A stretch of 64,000 nt of DNA. Origin: a virus. Both the position numbers and the translations under genes were made by a program. Under the pieces are notes generated by a model. It saw nothing but the letters and a program-made list of their open reading frames with translations. It did not search any database and was not told where the DNA came from. Positions 52,354 to 62,429 of the stretch are shown one piece after another. The stretch lies in the IMG/VR virus record IMGVR_UViG_3300018875_000004, positions 32,184 through 96,183 of that record; one strand, 5' to 3'. Position 1 is the stretch's first letter. The number at the start of each line of letters is the position of its first letter.

Positions 52354-54670
52354 GATATTTCACCTCCACTTTCTCGATATTCTTAAAGTCTGCCTTCTTG
52401 ATGGGAAATCTGAACATCGTTCCCTGCTCTACATATTGGACATCCTTTGCTTTAACATCCAGGTACTTCGTTTTCATCCGTAGTTGGCCATCCAGAGTCA
52501 CCTGGTCATCAATCGTCAGGCTGCCCGCTTCCGATGAATCGAAGCTGCTGATCGCTCGCTCGCTGACTTTTACTGAAGCTTTCAAGGATGCTTTAATCTT
52601 CACATAGCGTCCAGGAGGAGCAGCTATATTTCCTTTTCCGCTTACTGGGGAGTAGTTGGAAAAACTGACTCCATCGGGTGAAGTAGCGATTTGGAAATCA
52701 ATCTGGCTTTTATAATCAGACTCAAGCATATCAATTTCGCCAAAGGCAACATAGTTATATCCTGTTCCGGTTGGCGAGTCGGTTGCGAGGACATTGATCC
52801 GATACTGCAGATACGCGACGTTGTTGTCGATCTCATACGTTCTCTTCTCGCTTAACCCCCAGCCTTCTTGACCATACCGTCCATCCAACACTACCCAACT
52901 AACCCCATCGTTCGATCCCTCAAACGTCCAGGAAGCAGGGTTATAAGCCGCGTTTATCTTTGTATGACTGGAAGTTACTGAATAACACTCGATAACCACC
53001 GGTTCAACAAAGGCATATCCTATAGATCGGGACGTGTCTGAATTATTGGTGATTATCGCAACCGTGCTCAGACTCTTATCGAACGCCTTAAAAAGTGAAT
53101 AGGCTGTCGTGTAGTTCTCACCGATTGCCTTGCCGTAAGGAGCCGCATTGCTTGTCATAGGAGGGATCGTGCTCTGCTTGTAGACGCGGGGGGCTTTGAA
53201 ATCGATATTTGATTTCGCAAACGATTTATAATTGTCCCCTAAGTCGAGCACAGATGATTCCCATGTTCCTTCAGTGACTGTCTGCGACAGCTCGATCTTG
53301 CCGTTATTCAAAACCGTATTTGTGTTTTTGCCGGCCGATAAATCGAAGCTCTTTTCATCCTGGTATTTAATGCTGCCTACCTGTGACAGGACAACCAGAT
53401 TTGGAACGGCATTACTAATCTCTGAATTTGTGATGACGGTCGCCTTGTCCGATCCGGACGCAACTTCAATCTTTCCTTCAGAGGCGTTGTGCGTGTAGCC
53501 CGAAGACAGGGTGGAATCTATCCCGCTATCGTCATCAAAACTATCAATAACCATATCAGATAAACGATATTTTCTTGCATTGAGAAGTGTACTAACCCGC
53601 AGATTATGCTTGTTAAGATTGGTTGTCACCATCTTCTCCATTTCGGAGATTCGGGTATTTATCGGACGGGCGCGATAATTGATCGAAAGCCTGCTGATGC
53701 TTAGATTTTTTCCGGCTGGCGCTGCGATCCTCACCTTAAACTTGGAATTGAACTTCGAACTGATTATTCCCCCAGCACCAAGTGTTTCAAAACCTTTTCC
53801 GGTGTCGATCGTCACATCTGCTGTAGTAAAATCATCCTCAGTGTAAATTGGCTTTGATTCTCCTTGCTCATACAGCTGCGTTCGCCCAACAATAAAGTTA
53901 TTGGTGCTGCTGGTGGTATCAGCCGTTTGATCAAAGTAGAATCGATAGTATCTGTAAGCACTGTTATTGGTAAACTGGAATGTCTTTGTGATCGGCGTAT
54001 TCCAGTCCCTCCAGCCGCCCCAATCGCTTGTAGTTGCTGTTCTAGTGTCGATTGTAGTCCAGTTTGTGCCATCGTCGCTTCCCTCAAATCGCCACGATCC
54101 CGGCATCGCTCCAGCATACATATTAGTAGTCGTTGCTTCTGATCCGGTAGACATCGTATACTGTGTTACATTTTTAGCAGAGCCCATATCTATCATAACC
54201 CAGGAGTTTCTAATCACTCCGAAGGTTGATCTCCAAGAAGATCTATATGCGTCAGAGAACATACCATATGCTGAGCCACTAGATGCAGTGGCGACCAGTG
54301 GTGCAGGCGCTGTGCCAGATGTCATGCTATTCACCAATGGATTATAACTGCCTGGCTGCATGACCTTCGTTTGAATACTTATTTTCGAGATCGATACGGC
54401 GTCCGATAAATCAATTTCTCCTATCCATGAGCCTGATCCTGTTAAAACTCCGCCTGCAGGAGCCACATTATTTAGTGTGCCTTTTCTCCACTGATCATCC
54501 GTATTGATAATGTGCTGAGCAATATCCTGTCCGATTCTTTTGGCTTCGAGCGCTTCTACTCTGCCCTTGACGTTAGCGTAGGATGCCTGAACATTATCAC
54601 CAAGACGATCTTTGATTTTCTTGATTTCTCGTTTGGCTTTTGTTGCTTTTTGTAACGAGATAACATCCAT
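52346..54670 (-). CDS. Receptor-binding/fibre module protein (MDVIS type) with two discoidin domains
   Basis: Start reassigned to MDVIS at 54670 (GAGGTG RBS); WRFEGSDDG and WTFEGSNDG. Confidence 0.75.
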   Translation of the reverse strand: MDVISLQKATKAKREIKKIKDRLGDNVQASYANVKGRVEALEAKRIGQDIAQHIINTDDQWRKGTLNNVAPAGGVLTGSGSWIGEIDLSDAVSISKISIQTKVMQPGSYNPLVNSMTSGTAPAPLVATASSGSAYGMFSDAYRSSWRSTFGVIRNSWVMIDMGSAKNVTQYTMSTGSEATTTNMYAGAMPGSWRFEGSDDGTNWTTIDTRTATTSDWGGWRDWNTPITKTFQFTNNSAYRYYRFYFDQTADTTSSTNNFIVGRTQLYEQGESKPIYTEDDFTTADVTIDTGKGFETLGAGGIISSKFNSKFKVRIAAPAGKNLSISRLSINYRARPINTRISEMEKMVTTNLNKHNLRVSTLLNARKYRLSDMVIDSFDDDSGIDSTLSSGYTHNASEGKIEVASGSDKATVITNSEISNAVPNLVVLSQVGSIKYQDEKSFDLSAGKNTNTVLNNGKIELSQTVTEGTWESSVLDLGDNYKSFAKSNIDFKAPRVYKQSTIPPMTSNAAPYGKAIGENYTTAYSLFKAFDKSLSTVAIITNNSDTSRSIGYAFVEPVVIECYSVTSSHTKINAAYNPASWTFEGSNDGVSWVVLDGRYGQEGWGLSEKRTYEIDNNVAYLQYRINVLATDSPTGTGYNYVAFGEIDMLESDYKSQIDFQIATSPDGVSFSNYSPVSGKGNIAAPPGRYVKIKASLKASVKVSERAISSFDSSEAGSLTIDDQVTLDGQLRMKTKYLDVKAKDVQYVEQGTMFRFPIKKADFKNIEKVEVKYHG

Positions 54671-54692
54671 CGAGTTCACCTCTTTCTTTAAA

Positions 54693-54730
54693 TAAAGGAT
54701 GGGGCAGGGAAATAAATCCCTACACCCATG
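54693..54730 (-). terminator. Putative intrinsic terminator
   Basis: ATGGGTGTAGGGA-loop-TCCCTGCCCCAT followed by CCTTTATT. Confidence 0.5.
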
Positions 54731-57674
54731 AATAAGCAAGTGCGCTGATGTAATCGCCAGATGGCACGGAGGCTTTAACTCTAAGCTGCGTCCCATTTTT
54801 TTGCGAGATATCCAGCAGTGTGTCCGCCGCACCCACCGTCCAGGTTGCACCATCATCCAGCGAATAGGCAAATGTTACACCCGCGGTTGCGTCGGCCGTA
54901 ATCAGTAGCGTCTTTTTCGTTCCGCTTACTAATTCGTAAGGCGTTACAATGTCACCAGGGCCATTATATCTCTTGTTGATTGTATCATAAGTGGCCGTAG
55001 TTAGCGATTTATCTGTGCCGGCGTCTGTCTCAAAGGTGTCGATTACAAGATCATAAAGCTTATATTTTTCGCCCAAAAGCAAAGCATTGCTCTTAAAATT
55101 GAGCTTTGCGATATTGATTACATTTAGACGCTCCAGATCTTTCAGTCGCCCTTCGACAGTCATTTCATCAAAGCTGGCCTTGATTGACAGCACAGATGGT
55201 GTGGCGTTGGTTGAAGACTTCGGTTTCAGCTTGATTTGATCCACCTTGGAGTAGTTGTCCAAGTAGTAGGCGAACCGGATTTTGTTTGAGCTGCCGATCA
55301 GTGCCGCCCACTGAGCTTCCGTCAGTCCGTTGAACGCGCCAGCTATCATTCCTTTTGCCACCACATCGCTGATGTTCGCAGCATCCACTGATACCCACGC
55401 CCCAGAGGAGTAAGTCTTCCAGCTCTGCCCTCCATCAACACTTGAGATGATTTTTATCTCTTCCGGAATGGCACTCTGAATCAATACCTCGATACCTTCA
55501 ATCCCTTGAGCAGGCAGTGTTATATCCCCCTCTGGAAATACGACTCTACTTGAAGGAAGGGCTGAAATACTGATCTTTTTCTCCACAATGCTTAGCATAT
55601 CGGTCCATGCAAGTATCTTCACTACGCTTGCAGTAAGCTGGTTCACCAGCGACTCTGTAATTAGTGTTAGATCATCCATCCCATAAGTCAGATACATTTG
55701 CTCGGTGACAGGAGCTGCGCCAACTGTTCTCCACCCAGTGCCATCGACTATCTTGATATCAGATCCATCTTGAATCAGGTATTTATTATTAATGATCTGG
55801 GTGAGGATCAGCATCGGCCTAAAGTTTTCATTTACGGCCGACATCTCTGTGGCAACCACATAGCCAGATCCGGATGCCGAACCACTTCCTCGAACAGTCC
55901 GGTAGGAAGTGCCAAATGTGTTGGTTGAAGTGGTCAGACTCCATCTGCTCATCCAATTCCATACGCTGTTGTCGCCTGGCGTAATCTTTCCATTAAGACT
56001 TGATCCCACGATATACCGGTCCCACTCGTTATTGGTATCGGTAGAAGAATAACCGCCTGTCATGAGTCGAATGCGCCCTTTGATTTGATCGACTTCTTCC
56101 AGGAAGTCTATTTCTGCAGTTCGAACATATCCGCCGCCGCCGTTGCCTGTAATTACAATTCGATACGCTGTGTATGGTGTATCATTGCTGATCGAAAAGG
56201 TTCTTTTCTCGAAAATTCCAAAGGTATATCCACTCTTGGCGTCCAATACGACCCAGGTTGCCCCGTTGTCGTTTGAAGCTTCGAATCTCCACGACTTCAT
56301 ATAGTCAGTGTCCATATTGGTATTGCCACCCATGATTGAATATCCTTTGATAGTTTTGGGCGATGTAAAGTCGTATCTAATCCATGCGTTATTCCATTGG
56401 CCACCAAGCATAAGCCAGCCAGCAGTTGTTTTATCAAAAGCACGCCACGCATCTCCGGCCGCTGAATAGATCGAACTTGCGGAAGCTCTACCATACTCTG
56501 ATACATTCGAAGTCATAGCGGGAATGGCAGAAACTAAACCCTTTGGCGTAAGATCGATGCCGGTAGTCGTTGCTATCCCGGCAACATTCAGGGCATCCCA
56601 AGTGATTGCACTTTGGATATTACGATCGGGCAGGAGTCTTATTTCGCCGTTGTAGTTATCTACCATAATAAAGTAAAAGTCCCCATTAGGCGCGCCTGGC
56701 GCAATCGCACCCGAAATAAAGTCCGTTGTTTCTCGCCCAAGATTTCGGAATGTTCCTACCGAGTTCAGCCCTGCCGAATAATTACAGCGAATCCTTTTGC
56801 CGACTACCAATTCACTTGCGTTTTCCACTTCGTCAGGATGATAAATTCGAGCAGATGAGGCGATATCTACCGCATCAAACCACATATATCCATCTTCTCT
56901 CGAAAGACTGATAGTATGCCTTTTGTCTTCAAGATCGGTTCTTTCATATATGATTACGTTATAGGTTAAAGCCCCGTTTACAGAGATAGTTTCAGTCACA
57001 CCATCCAAATTAACCTTAACTGTTTTTGCACCTGTCGTGTTTTTGACGCCAATAATTCGAATGAATGGCCCCGTAAAACTGAAGGTAATTGGACTATTTG
57101 TGGATGTGTTATTATAATACGACCCCAGGTATGCGGAGTTGTCGGTGGCATACCCCCATCCTGAGCCGAAGCTAAACGCACCGCACGAAGAATCGAGCCT
57201 CTTCCATTCAGGTTCTGGTGCTGTCAGCTGATTGCCGATTTGCGCTACAATATAACCTGTATCATCAATGTCGATGGCGTCAATCATAAAGGTTTTTGCG
57301 ACATTGCTTTGAATTTTAACCGTGTGGACAACGTTGGGCAGACCTATCTTCTCATAGTTAAGTGTCTTGTACACTCCTGCCGCTCCACCAGATTGACTAA
57401 AATTCTCAGAAGAGCCGTCAATCGTAATTGCGATAGACTCAGAGTAATTGGTCGGACTCATGTAGCCAATAATTCTAATTTTCGTTCCTTTGAATTTAAA
57501 GGTTACAAAGTCTGTTGTATTGCCTGTTTTTAATCCATGATACGTGCTGTTATGGGCATTAGCATCTGACGCTAATGCAAAATTGGTGCTGCTATATGAA
57601 AGATATGCGTGAGTATCGTCATTTCTACTCCACCCGGGTTCTGGTGCTGTCAGCTGCTGTCCAATTACTGCCAT
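54720..57674 (-). CDS. Receptor-binding protein: two tandem beta-sandwich repeats and a CLec-fold domain with an inserted discoidin domain
   Basis: Two G.QLTAPEP.W.R repeats; DRNIQ..ITWD.LN ... TGG..NEWD ... FRPML; SLDDGATW..AYSWV end. Confidence 0.72.
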   Translation of the reverse strand: MAVIGQQLTAPEPGWSRNDDTHAYLSYSSTNFALASDANAHNSTYHGLKTGNTTDFVTFKFKGTKIRIIGYMSPTNYSESIAITIDGSSENFSQSGGAAGVYKTLNYEKIGLPNVVHTVKIQSNVAKTFMIDAIDIDDTGYIVAQIGNQLTAPEPEWKRLDSSCGAFSFGSGWGYATDNSAYLGSYYNNTSTNSPITFSFTGPFIRIIGVKNTTGAKTVKVNLDGVTETISVNGALTYNVIIYERTDLEDKRHTISLSREDGYMWFDAVDIASSARIYHPDEVENASELVVGKRIRCNYSAGLNSVGTFRNLGRETTDFISGAIAPGAPNGDFYFIMVDNYNGEIRLLPDRNIQSAITWDALNVAGIATTTGIDLTPKGLVSAIPAMTSNVSEYGRASASSIYSAAGDAWRAFDKTTAGWLMLGGQWNNAWIRYDFTSPKTIKGYSIMGGNTNMDTDYMKSWRFEASNDNGATWVVLDAKSGYTFGIFEKRTFSISNDTPYTAYRIVITGNGGGGYVRTAEIDFLEEVDQIKGRIRLMTGGYSSTDTNNEWDRYIVGSSLNGKITPGDNSVWNWMSRWSLTTSTNTFGTSYRTVRGSGSASGSGYVVATEMSAVNENFRPMLILTQIINNKYLIQDGSDIKIVDGTGWRTVGAAPVTEQMYLTYGMDDLTLITESLVNQLTASVVKILAWTDMLSIVEKKISISALPSSRVVFPEGDITLPAQGIEGIEVLIQSAIPEEIKIISSVDGGQSWKTYSSGAWVSVDAANISDVVAKGMIAGAFNGLTEAQWAALIGSSNKIRFAYYLDNYSKVDQIKLKPKSSTNATPSVLSIKASFDEMTVEGRLKDLERLNVINIAKLNFKSNALLLGEKYKLYDLVIDTFETDAGTDKSLTTATYDTINKRYNGPGDIVTPYELVSGTKKTLLITADATAGVTFAYSLDDGATWTVGAADTLLDISQKNGTQLRVKASVPSGDYISALAYSWV
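57211..57656 (+). repeat. 20-bp exact direct repeat GGTTCTGGTGCTGTCAGCTG (57211-57230 and 57637-57656)
   Basis: Seen directly; 426-bp in-frame period bounding a duplicated domain. Confidence 0.85.
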
Positions 57675-57677
57675 CTC

Positions 57678-58805
57678 TTATTCCTCCCTATATTCCAACA
57701 CTGGCCGGAATCCGAATGTCGCGTCTGCAGTTGCCGCAGACAGATAGTTGATGTCCGCCCAAGTGCTTCGGCTGTTTTTCCCTCGACCAATCCTTGTAGA
57801 CAGGCTTGCCGAGGTAGAAGTAGCCCCCGAGTTGTCCTTCCATGTACCAGATAGCGGAGTGTCCTGACACCAGGTATAGCACTCCTCATAGTGGAACACG
57901 TCGTTTAATGAACTGCCTGCCTGGATCTTTGCCGCTGGGAATCCTAAAACTAAACGATCCCACTCGTTATTGGTTGGCCATGCTCCTTTACCCTGATAAG
58001 TCAAGGTTGGTTGTCCATTCGCATCTGCATATGCCGATCCGCCAGTAGGTGACCGAAGAATACCGTCATTCTCCATCATTTCCATCTCTTCGATATAGGT
58101 GAAGTACCCACCTGTATATCCGCAGTTGGCTGTAATATTGATTCGATAATACCGGTATTTATTCTTATTGGCGAACGAAAAAACTTTCTTCGTCGTATTC
58201 CAGCTGCTGAAATTGGCCTGCCGATCAAGGATGACTTGTTCGCCTGCAAAGGCTCCGGTATTCGAAGCTTCGAATGTCCAGTCTTTTGGTGAGGCGGATG
58301 GATAAAATCCAGAAACGATTGTATATTTTTGAATCGTTTTTTCATTGCCCGCTCCGAAATCATACATCAGCCAAGCACTCGTCGCCCCTACTGCAGTAAC
58401 CCATCTTGCCGTATCAGACCCAGTGTTTCGGTTGAAGGCTTTATAGGCTTCGTACCCAGTTAGTTCCGAGCTGGCCGATGCAACGCCAGATGGGGCTGTA
58501 TTGCTTGTCATGATTGGCAAGGCATTGCCGGTATCAAACACAGCATTCTCAATTCTTGCTATGTTGTTAAGGGCATTCCAACTGCTTCCGGCGTATGCAA
58601 CTCGATCAGCAATGCAGATGCCTTTTGCTGTCTTAATCAGGTAGAGGAACTGGCCTGTTGCCCACGAGGTTCCTGGAGTGTTTGGCAGCTCTGTGGTTCC
58701 GCCGAAATAGAAGCTTGACCCATTCCAACCAAATTTGATATAGTCGCCTACTGTCATCTCCTGTAGGCTTGTGCAAAGCTTGCCTGTTGTCGCTGGTACA
58801 GCCAT
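57678..58805 (-). CDS. CLec-fold receptor-binding protein with an inserted discoidin domain
   Basis: IADR..SWNALN ... TGG..NEWD ... TWCQDT ... GFRPVLEY C-terminus. Confidence 0.75.
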   Translation of the reverse strand: MAVPATTGKLCTSLQEMTVGDYIKFGWNGSSFYFGGTTELPNTPGTSWATGQFLYLIKTAKGICIADRVAYAGSSWNALNNIARIENAVFDTGNALPIMTSNTAPSGVASASSELTGYEAYKAFNRNTGSDTARWVTAVGATSAWLMYDFGAGNEKTIQKYTIVSGFYPSASPKDWTFEASNTGAFAGEQVILDRQANFSSWNTTKKVFSFANKNKYRYYRINITANCGYTGGYFTYIEEMEMMENDGILRSPTGGSAYADANGQPTLTYQGKGAWPTNNEWDRLVLGFPAAKIQAGSSLNDVFHYEECYTWCQDTPLSGTWKDNSGATSTSASLSTRIGRGKNSRSTWADINYLSAATADATFGFRPVLEYREE

Positions 58806-58811
58806 CGATGA

Positions 58812-60371
58812 TTACACCTCTATTCCTGTAATTTTTTTATATTTACTTCGGTCGATGGTATAGGAAAATTGCTTTCCTGATGCGAGCGCTCCCTCGTCTC
58901 TCATCAGACCTGTAATTCTCGTCTTCAATCCAAGCATGCCGTTTGCTTCGGAATAGTCATCCAGAGCAAAACGGTTTTCAGCGTTCGATTGGTTGAAATC
59001 TAAAACCGTTGCCGGCAGGTCTACTGCGGGAGAAGAAAGACGGATCATAAATTTCAGATACCTTTTTGACAGAGGAGCTGATGGATTCAGTTTCTCATAT
59101 GCGGTGAATGAAACGCCATCATCCGAATAAGATACTTCATACGCTGCGTCGAGTCCCGGCAAAGATTCATACATGTAAACCTCTCGAATGCTAGTAGCTC
59201 CGCCGCCGCTTACTGATTTCGTCGAGTTGATACGATATTTGATATACGAACCCGGGTTGGCAATGATAAATTCTTTGATGGTGTAATTAATCCATGACGT
59301 TATATTCTGACTGTCGAGAATAACCCAATTCGATCCGTCCCATCCTTCAAAAGTGAAAACGCCAGGTGCTTCTTGTCCAGCGTGCGACATGATAGAATAC
59401 TTCGTGATTTTCTTCGGTGTCGGAAATTCATACGCAATCCAAGCTGCGGGGGTGTATACGGTCCACCACGTATTGCTTGAAGGCAGATTATCGAATGCTT
59501 TCCAACCCGCATAAGTTGTACTTAAATCTCCGCTCGTAGTGATAATTCCGGAAGGTGTAGTATTGCTTGTCATAGCGGGGATTGTGGATACATATCCACC
59601 AGCTTTGGACACATCCGCGATAGTAATCGCCTTGTTACCAAGCCAGCTTTCTCCGAGATCAATCACCGAAGATTCCCATGTCCCTGACGATTTATAGACG
59701 TCAACTTTTGCGCCTGTGGCGTCCTGCCCCTCACCGATCTTGGTAAGGCGAATCCCTTGCTGAATTGCCGGACCAGGAGAGTACACTTCGATGGATCCAA
59801 GGTTAGTCCAGTTTGCTCCTGAGTCAACGTTGGTGACTTTGATATATCTATAGACTTTAGGCTCCGCAAAGATGGTTTCGCCCGCTTTATGACTTCCAAT
59901 CAGCCTATAATTGATATTGTCGTTTGATCCATGCATGTCGTAGCCGACCAATGTAGTTCCGACCACATTTACCTTCGTAATCGAATACGTCTGACCCAGA
60001 TCAATAACAAGCTCTGCAGAAGTCACATGAAGTGATCCGGCATTCCAAAGGGTGGAGGCATTGCCGTCAACCGCACTTGCTGCACTTGAATTAGCGACAG
60101 TTGCTGTAATTGGCTTTTTCAGAGCAACGTCTGTAGCAGCACCTTGCAGCACTCCATTATTGAAGAACTCGGTGTCTGTGAATGTGCCTTGAGATAGATC
60201 GATTGATTTGGAATTTATAGCTACTGCTTTTGTCGCCTGTGCTTCCAGCCAATCCAACCGTTCATCGACGGTTGGGAATCGGCCTTCTGCAAGCGGCGCT
60301 ATGATGTTGTCGTTCAGGTCTTTGATAGCATTCAAAGCCTGAGTCGCTTTACCCAGGGAAATTACATCCAC
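58812..60371 (-). CDS. Receptor-binding/fibre module protein (MDVIS type) with two discoidin domains
   Basis: GTG start MDVIS; AVDGNASTLW and FTFEGWDG domains; paralog of 52346-54670. Confidence 0.75.
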   Translation of the reverse strand: MDVISLGKATQALNAIKDLNDNIIAPLAEGRFPTVDERLDWLEAQATKAVAINSKSIDLSQGTFTDTEFFNNGVLQGAATDVALKKPITATVANSSAASAVDGNASTLWNAGSLHVTSAELVIDLGQTYSITKVNVVGTTLVGYDMHGSNDNINYRLIGSHKAGETIFAEPKVYRYIKVTNVDSGANWTNLGSIEVYSPGPAIQQGIRLTKIGEGQDATGAKVDVYKSSGTWESSVIDLGESWLGNKAITIADVSKAGGYVSTIPAMTSNTTPSGIITTSGDLSTTYAGWKAFDNLPSSNTWWTVYTPAAWIAYEFPTPKKITKYSIMSHAGQEAPGVFTFEGWDGSNWVILDSQNITSWINYTIKEFIIANPGSYIKYRINSTKSVSGGGATSIREVYMYESLPGLDAAYEVSYSDDGVSFTAYEKLNPSAPLSKRYLKFMIRLSSPAVDLPATVLDFNQSNAENRFALDDYSEANGMLGLKTRITGLMRDEGALASGKQFSYTIDRSKYKKITGIEV

Positions 60372-60386
60372 TGTTCACACCGCCCT

Positions 60387-60920
60387 TTATACAATTGTTG
60401 TCGTAGTTGTAATGCCAGTGATATTGCCAGATGCTGCGTCATAGGTGTAAACCTTCTTGATCGTCACATTCTTGCCGCTGGCGTCCTTGTACTTTTTCTC
60501 TGAATAGTTCAGGATGCCGTTGGCGGCATCGGCATAAACATAGTCGATCGTAAAGGCGACATCGCCTGTGACCGTGTGCTTGTTTACGTTGCCGCTTGTG
60601 TCATAACCAAACGTTTCACTGAAATTACCGTACTCGCCCAGCATGTTGATCTTGGTCTTGAGTTCCGCTGTGTCAGAAGAACCCTGAACAAGGCCGTTCA
60701 CTCGCTCGACGATGTTTTCACCAGTACTGGAATGGTTGTCGATCAGTGCTTGAATAAGCGGCTGATACGAATCATCCAGTCGATCGACCGTGATATCCAA
60801 CCCCAGCTCTTTCAGTTTTTCCGATAAGTTCGGTTTGCCCAATCGGGCGTTCTCCAGCTCGGTCAGCAGCTCCCTAATCTCAAACGCTAGGTCGTCTCTT
60901 AAAATTTTGGTAGTAGCCAT
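60387..60920 (-). CDS. Structural protein (helical N-terminus, YD-like beta C-terminus)
   Basis: GGAGG RBS; YDTSGNV and YTYDAASGNI repeats. Confidence 0.65.
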   Translation of the reverse strand: MATTKILRDDLAFEIRELLTELENARLGKPNLSEKLKELGLDITVDRLDDSYQPLIQALIDNHSSTGENIVERVNGLVQGSSDTAELKTKINMLGEYGNFSETFGYDTSGNVNKHTVTGDVAFTIDYVYADAANGILNYSEKKYKDASGKNVTIKKVYTYDAASGNITGITTTTTIV

Positions 60921-60934
60921 CGTTTATTCCCTCC

Positions 60935-61519
60935 TTATGCGTTCACATACAGCAAGTCGTAGTTGACAAGAATCTTCGATCCGGCTGCCGGTGCTTCTGT
61001 CATGGTGATCTTGTTTCCTTCGATCACATAGTCGTTCTCCTCGCCGGAATCCCGCAGCACGCCATTAACAAACACCAGTTCGGTGTTGCCTCTTGGTGTT
61101 CTACTGAGGAAGAATATCTTGTTTACACCATCGATCACTCCGATCGGCTTTTCCCGATAGGCGTGAAAGTGATCGACCACGTATGCCACACCCTGGCCCT
61201 TTCCGGCCATTCGAAGCTCAACGATGTCTCCATCCTGCAGCGGATCGAGGAAGCGAATTGTAGATGAATCCACTTCGACATAATCGCCGTCCTGGACGAT
61301 CGGATCGACCGTAGGTTGAATCTTCAATCCATTGAGGAAGACCATTAACTCTCCGTCCCCTGGCTGGTAAGGCGTATTCACAGTGATGTCTTTCTGCCCT
61401 ACCCCAGCGGTAACAAATTCATAATACGGCTTGGAGAAACCGCTCAGCTGCTCGGCTAAACTGTTTTGGTCCGGGCTCTGTGAGCGAACCTGCTCCACCC
61501 GTATGCGTTGGATTGCCAT
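60935..61519 (-). CDS. Baseplate/fibre adaptor with two small beta domains
   Basis: Duplicated VF(L/V)NG...DY......I.F...P..G motif, also seen in the giant proteins. Confidence 0.65.
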   Translation of the reverse strand: MAIQRIRVEQVRSQSPDQNSLAEQLSGFSKPYYEFVTAGVGQKDITVNTPYQPGDGELMVFLNGLKIQPTVDPIVQDGDYVEVDSSTIRFLDPLQDGDIVELRMAGKGQGVAYVVDHFHAYREKPIGVIDGVNKIFFLSRTPRGNTELVFVNGVLRDSGEENDYVIEGNKITMTEAPAAGSKILVNYDLLYVNA

Positions 61520-61565
61520 ATTGCTTCCGCCTTTCTGTTTAGTATATCACGTTATACCAAACTTA

Positions 61566-62414
61566 TCATTGTATTTCGACCTCAAGCGGAGCGATCATCT
61601 CGTCATCGAGAATGCTCTGATTGGTAAGAAGCGCCGGCTGTCCGGCCAGGTAAAACTTCTCTACCGTAAAGTCCGCGACTTTGTTGTCGATATCCATTAC
61701 CTGCTGTACAAAGTCGTTGTACACAAAGCCCTGACCCATCTCGAAATTGCCGAAGTATTTCAGCAGTGCAGACCTTAGACTGATCCGGATTTGCTCTCGC
61801 TCTGATGTGGTCGCTGTGTCGCTGAAGACCAGCTGTAGGGCCAGCTCCAATTCTACTGTTTCCGGAAATACAATCGTTGGCTTTACGCCAAAGCTTTTCG
61901 TATTGCTGACTGCATCCTGAACGCCAGCCATGATCTGCGACAGGCTGTAGCCATATTGCGGGATGATCGTAAAGCTGAAGCTGCCTGTGCCGTGCGTGTA
62001 CTCTTTACCAATGCAGTCGGCAACGCCGGGGACTGTCAGGATGATCAGACGGAGTGCGGTATAATTGCCAGCTGCGGCGGCGAGAACACGCTGCGTCAGC
62101 TCATAGCGATAGGTCTCATTATCCAGCAGCGCCGAAGTAACTGTGCCATCATTGTTGACGGTCTCAACGGTTCGACGCGGGTAGCTGAAAAGCCCACCGA
62201 TCAGGTCGAGGTATTCATCCTTTGCCTTGCTAATAAAGCCCATGTTCATGGTCTCTTCTGCATAGTCGTACAGGGTCGGGAACTCATCTTTCATTGACTC
62301 CAGCAAGGCTCGTGCAATCGCGCCTGGCTTGAAGTTCGTGATCGGCGTGTTCTCCTTTAAGATTGCCATCGCATCAGATAGAATCTCATTTGCGGTGCGC
62401 TTGATTAACGCCAT
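61566..62414 (-). CDS. Baseplate J-like protein
   Basis: TNFKPGAIARALLE..AKDEYLDLIG..R..DNETYR..VPGV pattern. Confidence 0.8.
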   Translation of the reverse strand: MALIKRTANEILSDAMAILKENTPITNFKPGAIARALLESMKDEFPTLYDYAEETMNMGFISKAKDEYLDLIGGLFSYPRRTVETVNNDGTVTSALLDNETYRYELTQRVLAAAAGNYTALRLIILTVPGVADCIGKEYTHGTGSFSFTIIPQYGYSLSQIMAGVQDAVSNTKSFGVKPTIVFPETVELELALQLVFSDTATTSEREQIRISLRSALLKYFGNFEMGQGFVYNDFVQQVMDIDNKVADFTVEKFYLAGQPALLTNQSILDDEMIAPLEVEIQ

Positions 62415-62429
62415 TCTATTTTCACCTCC

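Noticed and set aside
57678-57860. Diversity-generating retroelement target (CLec fold ending GFRPVLEY)
   Set aside because: No reverse transcriptase and no adenine-variant template repeat found in the window. A remote DGR elsewhere in the element cannot be excluded.
48763-60371. Invertase-driven shufflon
   Set aside because: All cassettes are co-oriented full genes with their own RBSs. No recombinase or inverted crossover sites were seen.
61542-61557. GTATATCACGTTATAC as another copy of the operator
   Set aside because: It has three mismatches to the consensus and is more simply read as extended -10 boxes. Too weak to count.
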